From assembly GCA_021513715.1 (NCBI GenBank), contig CP084167.1:2592001-2656000 (forward strand): a stretch of DNA of 64,000 bases, read 5' to 3'. This DNA is from Candidatus Heimdallarchaeum endolithica (GTDB lineage: Archaea; Asgardarchaeota; Heimdallarchaeia; Heimdallarchaeales; Heimdallarchaeaceae). This document shows positions 10,345 through 20,270 of the stretch, piece after piece; within the stretch, counting starts at the first letter, position 1, and each line of letters starts with the position of its first letter. A program made the translations under genes and the position numbers. Below the pieces are notes generated by a model. It was not told where the DNA came from and ran no database searches. It was given only the letters and a program-made list of their open reading frames with translations.

Positions 10345-11393
10345 AGGAATATCTTAACTTTATAGAAAATGAACAATGCGATCTTCTTGTTAAAGCAAAT
10401 GAAATCAGATTTAACACTTACTCGAATCAAGTGACTTTTTCAAGAAATTATTTTGTTCCTGTAACTCGGCAGTGTAGAAACAATTGCACTTACTGTAGCT
10501 TCTCAAATTCAGATGTCTCAAGTTGGGTGACCCCCTCTCAATTTCAAATACATCTAGCTGAAGCTAAAAAAAATAATTGTTTCGAACTTTTACTTACGAT
10601 GGGAGAAAAACCAGAAGAGCGCTATGAGAGTGCTAGGCAATTTCTTAAAAGATATGATTTTAATTCTTCTACAGAGTATGTTGCTTATCTTTGTGAGTTG
10701 GCGTTAGAAAAAAAAATTCTTCCTCATTCCAATTTGGGAGTGTTGGATTATGAAGAATTATCTGTGTTGAAAACAGTAAATGTTAGTATGGGGCTTATGT
10801 TGGAAAGTTCAAGTAGTCGTTTGTTAAAGAAAGGCATGCCTCATTTTAATTCTCTTGGAAAAGATCCAGTGAAACGATTAGAGACTATCGAAAATGCAGG
10901 TAAATTGAAGATACCCTTTACTACAGGTATTCTTGTTGGTATTGGAGAAACTTGGAAAGAACGTATTCAAAGTCTTTTAGATATTAGATATTTAAGTAAA
11001 AAATATGACCATATCCAAGAGGTAATAGTTCAGAATTTTAATCCTCAAAGTAACACTTTAATGAAAAATCATCCTCCTCCATCGGAAAGAGATTTTTTAC
11101 TAACTGTTGCCTTAGCAAGGTTAATACTTCCTTCAAACGTAAGTATTCAAGTACCACCTAATCTCAATATTCAAAGAATAGTTAAAGCTTTAACATATGG
11201 TGCTAACGACTTAGGAGGAATATCACCTGTAACTCCTGATTATATTAACCCTAATGAACCATGGCCCAACGAATATGAACTTAAACAACACTTAAAACAA
11301 GAGAAATTTGCTCTAATTCAAAGACTCCCTGTCTATACAAAATACATTAAGTATTTAAGTAAAGAGTTGAAAAACATCATTAATCAATTGTAA
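10335..11393 (+). CDS. cofG: FO synthase subunit CofG (radical SAM)
   Basis: 'VTFSRNYFVPVTRQCRNNCTYC', 'LPHSNLG', 'IPFTTGILVGIGE', 'IQVPPNL', 'DLGGISPVTPDYINP'. Confidence 0.92.
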   Translation: MSIEEYLNFIENEQCDLLVKANEIRFNTYSNQVTFSRNYFVPVTRQCRNNCTYCSFSNSDVSSWVTPSQFQIHLAEAKKNNCFELLLTMGEKPEERYESARQFLKRYDFNSSTEYVAYLCELALEKKILPHSNLGVLDYEELSVLKTVNVSMGLMLESSSSRLLKKGMPHFNSLGKDPVKRLETIENAGKLKIPFTTGILVGIGETWKERIQSLLDIRYLSKKYDHIQEVIVQNFNPQSNTLMKNHPPPSERDFLLTVALARLILPSNVSIQVPPNLNIQRIVKALTYGANDLGGISPVTPDYINPNEPWPNEYELKQHLKQEKFALIQRLPVYTKYIKYLSKELKNIINQL

Positions 11394-11399
11394 GGAGAA

Positions 11400-12527
11400 T
11401 TGATAAAAATAAAACTAACTCCAAAGGTTGATACTATTTTATCTTTAGAGGAAATCATTAGCAAATCTTCAGCTGATATAGAATATGTTTATTTTCTCCT
11501 TAAAAAAAGAGGTGAAAACCTCTTTTATTTAATTAAAAAAGCAGATGAGCTGCGTTTTAGATTAGTAGGCGATAAAGTAAGTTTTGTTGTTAATCATAAT
11601 ATAAATTTCACAAATTATTGTGTTGGTTCGTGTAGATTTTGTTCATTTAAAAGTAGTAAAAACTCATTGATTAAAGGATACAGGATGAGTCCTGAACAAT
11701 TTAAAGAAACAGTAAAAGATGCTATAGAAAAAGGAGTAAGTGAAATTTGCATTCAAGGGGGATTAGATCCAACTATAACATATGAATATTATTTGGAGTT
11801 AATAAAAATTGTACGTAGTATTTCTTCTACAGTTCATATTCATGCATTTTCTCCTTCTGAAGTGGCTTATATGTCTCACATTAGTGGAGAAAACGTAGAG
11901 GTGATTTTTAAAGAGTTGAAGTCTAAAGGGTTAAATTCCTTTCCTGGCACTGCTGCAGAAATACTAGATGATCAAGTCAGAAAAATTATTTGCCCTGAAA
12001 AAATAACAACGCAAGAATGGATAGATATTGTTGTAACAGGACATAACCTTGGCATTCATTCATCTTCAACTATGATGTACGGTCATATAGAATCTTTACT
12101 AGATGAAGCAAAACACTTTGTTATCCTCAAAAATATTCAAGAGGAAACAGGGATGTTTACAGAATTTGTACCTTTACCTTTTGTTCATCATAATACTCTT
12201 CTCTATAGTGATTATGGTGCTCAAGCAGGAAGTACAGGATTACATGACCTTGCAATATTCAGTACTGCGAGAGTTTACTTTAATAGTAGCATTCCTAATA
12301 TTCAAGTATCTTGGCCTAAACTCGGGTTAAAATTTGCTCAATTTTCCTTATATGCAGGCGTTAATGACTTAGGTGGAACTCTATACCACGAAAATATTTC
12401 AAAAAGTGCAGGATCAAAGTACGGAGAATTCACATCAGTTGATGATTTTATTAGATTGATTAAGGATGCAGGGAGAATTCCTGTCCAAAGAAGTACGATA
12501 TATGAGGAACTAACTTCTTATAGGTAA
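11400..12527 (+). CDS. cofH: FO synthase subunit CofH (radical SAM)
   Basis: 'NINFTNYCVGSCRFCSF', 'PGTAAEILDD', 'TMMYGHIE', 'FTEFVPLPF', 'NDLGGTL'; adjacent to cofG. Confidence 0.9.
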   Translation: MIKIKLTPKVDTILSLEEIISKSSADIEYVYFLLKKRGENLFYLIKKADELRFRLVGDKVSFVVNHNINFTNYCVGSCRFCSFKSSKNSLIKGYRMSPEQFKETVKDAIEKGVSEICIQGGLDPTITYEYYLELIKIVRSISSTVHIHAFSPSEVAYMSHISGENVEVIFKELKSKGLNSFPGTAAEILDDQVRKIICPEKITTQEWIDIVVTGHNLGIHSSSTMMYGHIESLLDEAKHFVILKNIQEETGMFTEFVPLPFVHHNTLLYSDYGAQAGSTGLHDLAIFSTARVYFNSSIPNIQVSWPKLGLKFAQFSLYAGVNDLGGTLYHENISKSAGSKYGEFTSVDDFIRLIKDAGRIPVQRSTIYEELTSYR

Positions 12528-12636
12528 AGAAGCCCCTTTTGTTTTTCTTTATATTTTATTTTATCTTTCTACTATTAACGTTCAAAGAGTAAAATAACAT
12601 TTTTATGTAATGGTTTCTACTTTAGAATAGAAGTCG

Positions 12637-13497
12637 ATGTCACCTAGTAAAACAAAAGAGCCTATAAATATATTTAAAGCGCTCTCTAATCCAATTAGAA
12701 GGAATCTAGTTAGTTTTATTGGTGACAAATCAAGATATGGTGATTCTGTTTCCTTTACCCAAATTCAGCAAGAATTTAAAATGAAAGTGGGAACCTTGTA
12801 TCATCATCTTGACTCTCTGGGAGATCTGATTACTCAAGATGAGAAGAAAAAGTACTTACTTACTTCAAAAGGAGTTCAAGCTTATAATTTAATAGAAGAT
12901 AAGATTGATGCATTTGCAAAGGAAATCACCTCATTTGGACCTTTTTCTTTTCTGCACAAACTTTTTTTACGTGATTATTTCGGTAAAATTCAATCTGATC
13001 CTTTACGTTTTTTGGGAATCTCATTATTCATTTTTTCTGGGTTTGTTGTTGGTTCATATTTCTTATCTTATGGACCAATCTTTATCTTTCCAACATTAGT
13101 AAATCCACAATTTTTAACTCCAATTTTATTTGTTTTATCAACATTAGTGATTTATTTACTTTTAGAGTTTTTATCCTCTCTATTTTTCAAGAAAACGGCA
13201 GATAAATTAGCATTGTTCCAAGCTGTACTCTACTCTCAAATCCCCTTGTTTATTTTTTCAATTGTTGAATATTTTACTATAGATGTGGATTATTCAGTAT
13301 CGCCTTTAGATATCTCTATATGGCTTTTCTTACTTTTAATTTTCATTCAATTATTATTTTTAGGGATAATTATTGAAGCTCTGATTGTAATTAAAGGATT
13401 AAGAATGGAAAAAGCAGGGTTGATAGCACTATTGGTTATCTACTTACTTAATCTTTTCTCGTTTTTATTATTACGGGGGTTGGTGGTGAGTATATGA
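12637..13497 (+). CDS. ArsR-like winged-helix protein fused to a multi-TM domain
   Basis: 'IFKALSNPIRRNLV...GTLYHHLDSLGDLI...YLLTSKG' then about 5 hydrophobic helices. Confidence 0.75.
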   Translation: MSPSKTKEPINIFKALSNPIRRNLVSFIGDKSRYGDSVSFTQIQQEFKMKVGTLYHHLDSLGDLITQDEKKKYLLTSKGVQAYNLIEDKIDAFAKEITSFGPFSFLHKLFLRDYFGKIQSDPLRFLGISLFIFSGFVVGSYFLSYGPIFIFPTLVNPQFLTPILFVLSTLVIYLLLEFLSSLFFKKTADKLALFQAVLYSQIPLFIFSIVEYFTIDVDYSVSPLDISIWLFLLLIFIQLLFLGIIIEALIVIKGLRMEKAGLIALLVIYLLNLFSFLLLRGLVVSI

Positions 13498-16400
13498 AAA
13501 AGTTACAGAATTTTCGAAATAGATTCACTAACCTAATATTCGAAAAAATTCGAAATAAAGCTTTTTCAAGAGAGAAAAGTATACTCTTTCTGAGAGCGAG
13601 TAAGTTGAAAAGTGCATTATGTTCTAATCAGATTCCAATAGCCCCATCATCTCTGAAACGATACATTGCACTTTTACTCCTCTCACTTATGCTTTTCTCT
13701 TCTCCTCTTCTAGCTCGTGGATTGGCTAATAGTAGTAATCCACGAGCTCTTTCTTCCATAAATGTTTCTTCACCTTTATATCAAGAAAAATTGAGTTTTA
13801 TAGCAGGAAAGAATGATAGTTTATTGGCTAGTTTGTCATTAAAAGGAGGAAACATGGATTTTGATATGGAAATCCCATCATCAATTTTATACAAAATAAA
13901 AGATCTCTCCCTTATTGTTTCAAACCAAACTTTCTTTCAAGATGTTTGGACTAATCCTTTATGGAGATATCCAAATGGGCTGAATATATTGTTTACAATT
14001 AATTCACAAAATCCAACTGTTGTAGAAAATGCTATTCATGATATAATGACAATCATAAACAATCAATATAATGTAAGCTCAATTGTTTATTCTATTAATT
14101 CTTTTAATGAAGGAGAAACTAAAGTTTCGATCTTTTCATTCATTGACTTCTTTTTACAGAAAGAAATATTTACTGATATTTTTGGAATTAATGAGACTGT
14201 AAGTAATGGAAATTTTGTTTCTCTTTTTCATTCTCAATTATTAAAACGTCCATCTGTTTATGCCTTTGGTTTTTATCTATTTCTAAGAAATGGTAAGATT
14301 CAATATCTTACTCGAAAAGCGTTTGTGTTTATAAAAGAGAAAATTCCTGTGGTGAACAATGAACGATTGCTTGAATTAAGCTCTATACTCGGAACTTCAC
14401 TTATGCCAAATACTAATGCATTGTATTCTAATATCGATATTAGATTCCCATTTTTAGCTAATTTTACATTAGTAAGACCCTTTCCAACAAATGTTGCCCC
14501 CAAATTGTCTGGGCTCTTTCAATGGGTGCTAAAAACTCCCTTATTTGTAATTTTTCCCACCTTTAATGCTAGTTTGCATTATTACTTATCCGTTGAAGAT
14601 AGTGCAAAATTTCCAAGAGTTATCATAACTAACTCTTATTCTGATACTTTAATTGAAGAAAATGGTATCTTCAAAATGAATTATGAAGTAGAAAATATAG
14701 GGAACACTATAGCTTATAACACTACCTTGTTCTTTCCAATTCCTCGTGAACTTGAGTTCTATTCAAAAGAAAACCTTTCTGTTCCCGTTCTAAAGGACGA
14801 AATCGAAATAAATTCGAGTTTTAGTAATGAAATTAAATTGAAAATTGATATATCTTCATTAAAAGAGACAGACTTACTTCTGCGAATATTAGGTTGGTAT
14901 CAAAATGTTTCAACTAACGCATTGGAAAGATGGAATGATACTACTCAGATTCCACTATATGGGACTGAATTAACACTGATTTCAGAACATGGGTTTCCAT
15001 CTGACCTTGTTGACTTCTTATTAAACAACGTGGTTCCTGTTCTTATGAACTATACAATTGAAGAATTATATACTAACATAGATGCTGTAATTGAGAAATT
15101 ATATGAATCACTTATTTATACCTATAATACAACTTTCTACGCCTTCTATGATATGAAATCAATATTTAATTACATATCAGATGATTTTCAAATAATATAT
15201 ACTTCTTTTGGAAGTTTTCTTTATTGTATAATTCCAGAAATTGGAGTAAATGAAACTATTAGAGTAAATTGGTCAATTGAAAATATTCCAACAAAATATG
15301 ATCGAGTAGGGATATTTAACCTAACATCCGAAGCCAATGATGATCAGGTTATAAAGAAATATGCGATATTTCAAACAAAGAATACAGATTATCATACTCT
15401 TCTCATATCTAAATATTCAGAAATTGACAGTACAGGACGGATATTGAGTGATTACGATGAAATAACGAATTCATTCATTAATATTGGTACCCGATTTAAG
15501 TATTCGAACATAAATGGGGATGAATATTATGGTTTGACAAACGGTATAAATATTCAAATTGGGGATGATGAGGCCATCATAGAAAGTAAATTGACTACAT
15601 CTAGTTCTGTATATTCTGTTGGGGATAATATATTTTTAACATTAAATATAACTAATAGAGGACAAATACCTGCATATGATATTAATATTGAAATTGCCAA
15701 CATCAAACTAGATTTCCTATGGCAACCTAGCGACATTATAAAATTAAAGAGTTTAACGATTGATTCGATTGCTCCTAACGAAAGTTTTGTGAGGATAATT
15801 CAATTAAGAGCAAACAGTTATATCGGCTTTAATACTTATATTGCGTTTATTAGTTTTGTTTCTGACAAAGATCAATCTGGTGTTGAAGTTACTGATCCTT
15901 GGACAAATCAAACTTCAGTGTGGACATACGGTGGTGAAACAAAAAATATTGTTACTTCTACATTAGTTTCTGGATTGCTTATTCCTTCTCAGTCATTTGT
16001 GAATAAATCTAGGCCCAGTTTTCCTTTACCAGAGGTAGTGTCAAATGTTAGTTATTCACTCTCTTCCGACAATTCTACTGTAACAGTACAATATGAAATA
16101 AGCAATACTGGCTTATCAGAAGCAAACGTTTCCATCACACAATTTCTCGATAACTCAACCTACTCTTCCCTAGAATCTGTCGAAATTAGAAAAAGTGGAG
16201 CAAGTTATAATTATGTAGTTAGTAGTTACCTGACTTATATTAAATTAAATCTAATAGAGCAAGTTACTCTTCTTCCTGGAGAAAAAGTAACAATAACAGA
16301 GACTTATTCCATTAAAAACACTAAACTAGTTCTTTCACCTTTACAAATAGAGTATTATTCACTTTATGAGATAATGACAACTGACTTCCAATCAGACTAC

Positions 16401-16685
16401 ACTGATTTGGGTGAAGAAAGCACAGTTTTTGTTAGCGAGTATTTACACTTCAGCCCACTAAACGCAACTGAAAGTGATCAAGCCAAATTCAAATGGTCTT
16501 CGTATTCTGACAGCATTGACATTGATTTGCCTCCGATAGAAGAGGAACCAACAACAAATTTTGTAGTTACTTTTCCTGAAATCCACTTTATGTTTATAGT
16601 TGTGAGCGTTGGCACAGCAACAGTTGTAGTAAGTATATTTTCAATTATAAGTGCAATATTAAGAAAAAGAAAGGGATATATGTAA
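13494..16685 (+). CDS. Large secreted/surface protein with Ig/CARDB-like segments and a C-terminal membrane anchor
   Basis: Hydrophobic signal-like segment near residue 60; repeated 'YEVENIG', 'LNITNRG', 'YEISNTG' strands; many NxS/T sequons; TM plus RKRK tail. True start uncertain. Confidence 0.65.
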   Translation: MKKLQNFRNRFTNLIFEKIRNKAFSREKSILFLRASKLKSALCSNQIPIAPSSLKRYIALLLLSLMLFSSPLLARGLANSSNPRALSSINVSSPLYQEKLSFIAGKNDSLLASLSLKGGNMDFDMEIPSSILYKIKDLSLIVSNQTFFQDVWTNPLWRYPNGLNILFTINSQNPTVVENAIHDIMTIINNQYNVSSIVYSINSFNEGETKVSIFSFIDFFLQKEIFTDIFGINETVSNGNFVSLFHSQLLKRPSVYAFGFYLFLRNGKIQYLTRKAFVFIKEKIPVVNNERLLELSSILGTSLMPNTNALYSNIDIRFPFLANFTLVRPFPTNVAPKLSGLFQWVLKTPLFVIFPTFNASLHYYLSVEDSAKFPRVIITNSYSDTLIEENGIFKMNYEVENIGNTIAYNTTLFFPIPRELEFYSKENLSVPVLKDEIEINSSFSNEIKLKIDISSLKETDLLLRILGWYQNVSTNALERWNDTTQIPLYGTELTLISEHGFPSDLVDFLLNNVVPVLMNYTIEELYTNIDAVIEKLYESLIYTYNTTFYAFYDMKSIFNYISDDFQIIYTSFGSFLYCIIPEIGVNETIRVNWSIENIPTKYDRVGIFNLTSEANDDQVIKKYAIFQTKNTDYHTLLISKYSEIDSTGRILSDYDEITNSFINIGTRFKYSNINGDEYYGLTNGINIQIGDDEAIIESKLTTSSSVYSVGDNIFLTLNITNRGQIPAYDINIEIANIKLDFLWQPSDIIKLKSLTIDSIAPNESFVRIIQLRANSYIGFNTYIAFISFVSDKDQSGVEVTDPWTNQTSVWTYGGETKNIVTSTLVSGLLIPSQSFVNKSRPSFPLPEVVSNVSYSLSSDNSTVTVQYEISNTGLSEANVSITQFLDNSTYSSLESVEIRKSGASYNYVVSSYLTYIKLNLIEQVTLLPGEKVTITETYSIKNTKLVLSPLQIEYYSLYEIMTTDFQSDYTDLGEESTVFVSEYLHFSPLNATESDQAKFKWSSYSDSIDIDLPPIEEEPTTNFVVTFPEIHFMFIVVSVGTATVVVSIFSIISAILRKRKGYM

Positions 16686-16943
16686 TTACCTTAAATCAAA
16701 ATCATCTGAAGTTAGATTCTTCAGAAAAGCCATCATTTCTTCTTGCATATCTTGACTTTGTTTCATGCTCATTGTTTGTGCATAAAACATAGTAAACAAT
16801 TCTCCTAGTAAGCATTGTGTGCATAGTTCTGTAGTAAGTTCCTCATTTGGAAATCTACAAGGAAAATCAAGTTTTTTTACGTTACCATTTGGGTCTCTCG
16901 CATTAATACTTGGCTTCCATTTACATTTTCTCGTTGACTGCAT
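16686..16943 (-). CDS. Small Cys-containing hypothetical protein
   Basis: 85 aa, GGTGA upstream, four Cys including CTQC; stop abuts the stop of the convergent gene. Confidence 0.6.
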   Translation of the reverse strand: MQSTRKCKWKPSINARDPNGNVKKLDFPCRFPNEELTTELCTQCLLGELFTMFYAQTMSMKQSQDMQEEMMAFLKNLTSDDFDLR

Positions 16944-17107
16944 TTTAATTCACCAAAAAGAAAAAACTCTCTGATTTCCTTTTTCTTATTGGATTAAAAG
17001 CTTTATTGTAAAACTCTTTCAGTTTTAAATTTAAATGGTATTATTTTTTATAAATCCTCTTAAGATCAAAGTGACATGTTTAAAAAGAAAAAACTTTTTT
17101 TTCGTTT

Positions 17108-19654
17108 GTGAAATGTCCCGATTGTAGTAAAGCCTTAACAATTGAAGAAAAAAGTCACACATTTACTTTTCGTTGTCAATTTTGTGGATACTACTCAAAA
17201 ATAGTAGGAGCTAAGAATGCTGAAGAAGCTTATGAGAAAGCTGTGGAAAAGGCTATAGTCCAAAATAATACAATCCAAATATCAAAAAAGGAATCAGAAC
17301 AACTGGTTAAAAGATTAACCCTTCAAGAGAAAATTAATTTGATTAAAAAAGGGAATGGTGATCCTTCTAATCTCCCAAATCCCTTAGTTAAATTGTTAAG
17401 ACATCCTGACTTAGAACCAGTTTACTATTTATTCTTGGAGCAGAAGTCTCCAGCTTTAGCTAAAGATTCCCTTTTTCTTCCATCTGAATTAAGTTCCTTT
17501 CTTAAGAAAAAGGGTTTTGTTCAATTATATGAATTTCAAAAACAATCGTTCAAAAAGATAATAGAAGGAAAAAATGTCGTTATTGTAGCCCCAACTGGAA
17601 CAGGTAAAACAGAGGCTTTTCTTTTTGCTATATTAACAGAAATTTGGAAATCTCATCCTCATCCCCTATTACGAACTGGTCCTTATGCAATCTTTATTTA
17701 TCCAAATAAAGCATTAGCTAGAGATCAACAAAAGAAGATAAGTGAATATAGTTCAAAGTTGGGAATAACTTGTGAAATTTTTGATGGAGATACTTCACAA
17801 TCCAAAAGAAAAAAGATTTTGGAAAATCCCCCTGATATTTTAATAACAAATCCTGATATGCTACACTATCATATGCAAAAACCAAGTTTTAGAAGTCTAC
17901 TTTATCCTGTAAGGTTTGTTGTTATAGATGAAGTTCATGTAGCCGTAGGCGCATTTGGAACAAATCTTTATTTTATAATTAGGCGATTAAGTCGATTGAC
18001 AAAAAACAAATTACAGTTTATTGCAGTTTCTGCCACAATTGGTAATGCTGTTGAGTTTACTTCTAAATTATTTAACAGCTCTTCTATGGATATAGTAGAA
18101 GTAACTGATGCACGAAAAGCACCTACACATCTTATGATCGTTTATCCATATGGAACAAGCCAGTATACACTTACAGGAGACATTACTCGATTGCTTGTTT
18201 CATCAGGTAGAAAAATTTTAGTTTTCCAGAATAGTCATAAAAATGCAGAAATTATTAATCTCCTTCTCAGCCAAAGAATGAAAATTGACAGTGCAGTGCA
18301 TAGAGCTGGTCTCACAAAGAAGTATAGAGCACAGGTAGAAAAAAGATTTAGAGATAATGAACTAGATGTGTTAGTTTCAACACCTACTTTAGAATTAGGT
18401 ATAGATATTGGCAGTGTAGATTCTGTTGTATCTTCAATTGTTGACTTTACAAGGTTTACTCAACGACTAGGTAGGGCAGGAAGAAAAGGCCAGGAATCAA
18501 TAGGTGTTCTTATTCTTCGAGACAATGACCCAATCTCTACCTATTATGCTTTTTACCCTGAAGACTATTTTGAAGATATAAGAAAAGGATTTATTGAACC
18601 AAAAAATGAACTCATTGCCTATTACCAAATATTATCTGCTGTGGTGGATAAACCAGTAAAAGAAGGAGAATTTCAAGAGTTTAAACACATTATTTTGAAT
18701 CTTGTAAATGATGGTTTAGTTAAATTAGCACCAAAAGGAGAATTTCAAATAGCTGATTATTCAAAGGCTAGAAAAGTTTTGTCAGCATTTAATTTAAGAG
18801 GAATCGGTGATACTATCATAATTGAAGATATCAACGGCAAAGAACTAGGTAGTCGTTCAATGCCAATGGCTGCAAGAGAGTTACATCCAGGGGCAATATA
18901 TCTACTAGGCGGAAAATATTATCGTTCTCTGTCCTTTCAGTATGATCCGAGGTTAAGTCGTGGAAAAGTTAAAGTTCAAAATATTCCTCCACTTAATAAA
19001 AAAACTACTGCTTTACGTTTTGCAATGCCTGAAATTATTAAAATTCATGAATTAAAGAAAATTACTGGAACAGAAGCAATTTACTGTGATCTACGAATAA
19101 CAGAAAATGTAATTGGTTATTCACTTTCTGATATCTTTACTGATGAGAATGTTGAAAACATTCCCTTAAAAGAACCTATTCAGTATTCTTTTGTAACTAA
19201 AGGATTTATGTTTGTGATGCCTAAACCTCAGGAAATCTTTAGAAAATACCCTGATAAGCATGAAGATGAACTAGTCACTGGCACATTTCATGCAATTGAA
19301 CACGTTTTAATCGAATCAAGCGAAATGATAACTGGTGGAGGGAGTAATGAAATAGGAGGTATTTCGATGGGCAATTCTGGGGCAATTTTTGTGTATGATG
19401 GAGCTAAAGGAGGTTCAGGACTTTCAAAACTACTTTTCGACCGCTTAGATGAAGCGCTAAATCGGTCATTAAATATTCTTAAGAAATGTACATGTAAAAC
19501 GATAGATGGTTGTCCCCGCTGTACTTACAGCTATCAATGTGGAAATAATAACTTTCCATTGAATAAGTATGGTGCAATTGAATCTCTGAGTCTTGTTAGG
19601 AGATCCAAACTTAAAATCATTGAAGATGTGAGCGGCTATAGCCCTTTGATTTAG
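17108..19654 (+). CDS. DEAD/DEAH-box SF2 helicase, Hrq1/MrfA (DUF1998) type, with N-terminal Zn ribbon
   Basis: 'APTGTGKT', 'DEVH', 'SAT', 'QRLGRAGR'; C-terminal 'YDGAKGGSG...CTC...GCPRC...C'; N-terminal CPDC/CQFC. Confidence 0.9.
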   Translation: MKCPDCSKALTIEEKSHTFTFRCQFCGYYSKIVGAKNAEEAYEKAVEKAIVQNNTIQISKKESEQLVKRLTLQEKINLIKKGNGDPSNLPNPLVKLLRHPDLEPVYYLFLEQKSPALAKDSLFLPSELSSFLKKKGFVQLYEFQKQSFKKIIEGKNVVIVAPTGTGKTEAFLFAILTEIWKSHPHPLLRTGPYAIFIYPNKALARDQQKKISEYSSKLGITCEIFDGDTSQSKRKKILENPPDILITNPDMLHYHMQKPSFRSLLYPVRFVVIDEVHVAVGAFGTNLYFIIRRLSRLTKNKLQFIAVSATIGNAVEFTSKLFNSSSMDIVEVTDARKAPTHLMIVYPYGTSQYTLTGDITRLLVSSGRKILVFQNSHKNAEIINLLLSQRMKIDSAVHRAGLTKKYRAQVEKRFRDNELDVLVSTPTLELGIDIGSVDSVVSSIVDFTRFTQRLGRAGRKGQESIGVLILRDNDPISTYYAFYPEDYFEDIRKGFIEPKNELIAYYQILSAVVDKPVKEGEFQEFKHIILNLVNDGLVKLAPKGEFQIADYSKARKVLSAFNLRGIGDTIIIEDINGKELGSRSMPMAARELHPGAIYLLGGKYYRSLSFQYDPRLSRGKVKVQNIPPLNKKTTALRFAMPEIIKIHELKKITGTEAIYCDLRITENVIGYSLSDIFTDENVENIPLKEPIQYSFVTKGFMFVMPKPQEIFRKYPDKHEDELVTGTFHAIEHVLIESSEMITGGGSNEIGGISMGNSGAIFVYDGAKGGSGLSKLLFDRLDEALNRSLNILKKCTCKTIDGCPRCTYSYQCGNNNFPLNKYGAIESLSLVRRSKLKIIEDVSGYSPLI

Positions 19655-19728
19655 TTGTAATACCCTAGTAATGTTCACATCATGTGTCCGTGTTATATCA
19701 TTTTTTTAGGTAAACTAAGAATTGGTTT

Positions 19729-20148
19729 TTGATCAACATGCTATCATCATCAAATCTTAACGTGAAAGAGATGCTAAATATTGCTCTCGACTGTATCTTC
19801 CCAACAAGTGAAGCTATTGAACCTGAAATATTAAAAGAAATCACAAAGTTCCTAGAACAACAAGAACCCCAAGCTCCAACAGAGGATGCTGAAATTGTTA
19901 GAGGAGAAATAAGAAAAGCTTTAATACACTTTAAAAATCGTCCTTATTTATATAATTCAAGAAAAAAGATTGAGAGCCTCTTACTTAAAAATGAAAATTG
20001 GAGAAAGTTCATTATTGCCCCTCACTCATTTAAGGATGAACTAATTGAAGCAGGATTATCATCAAAAGAGATAGCGTTGTTGAGATCGTCCCTTGAGAAT
20101 GCAGAAAACACACTAAATCTCCTAAAACACATTCCTCAACCCTACTAA
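19729..20148 (+). CDS. Hypothetical protein
   Basis: 139-aa ORF with ordinary composition, followed by a T-rich terminator-like tract. Confidence 0.55.
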   Translation: MINMLSSSNLNVKEMLNIALDCIFPTSEAIEPEILKEITKFLEQQEPQAPTEDAEIVRGEIRKALIHFKNRPYLYNSRKKIESLLLKNENWRKFIIAPHSFKDELIEAGLSSKEIALLRSSLENAENTLNLLKHIPQPY

Positions 20149-20270
20149 TCCTTTGCATTCTCTTTTTTATTCTCTATTCTTTTTATAGAGAATTCTAACC
20201 TCTATTTTGTTATTCTATTCTTTCGAAAAAAAAAGATAATGTTTTAAATATTGATTTTTTTTTAATTATA

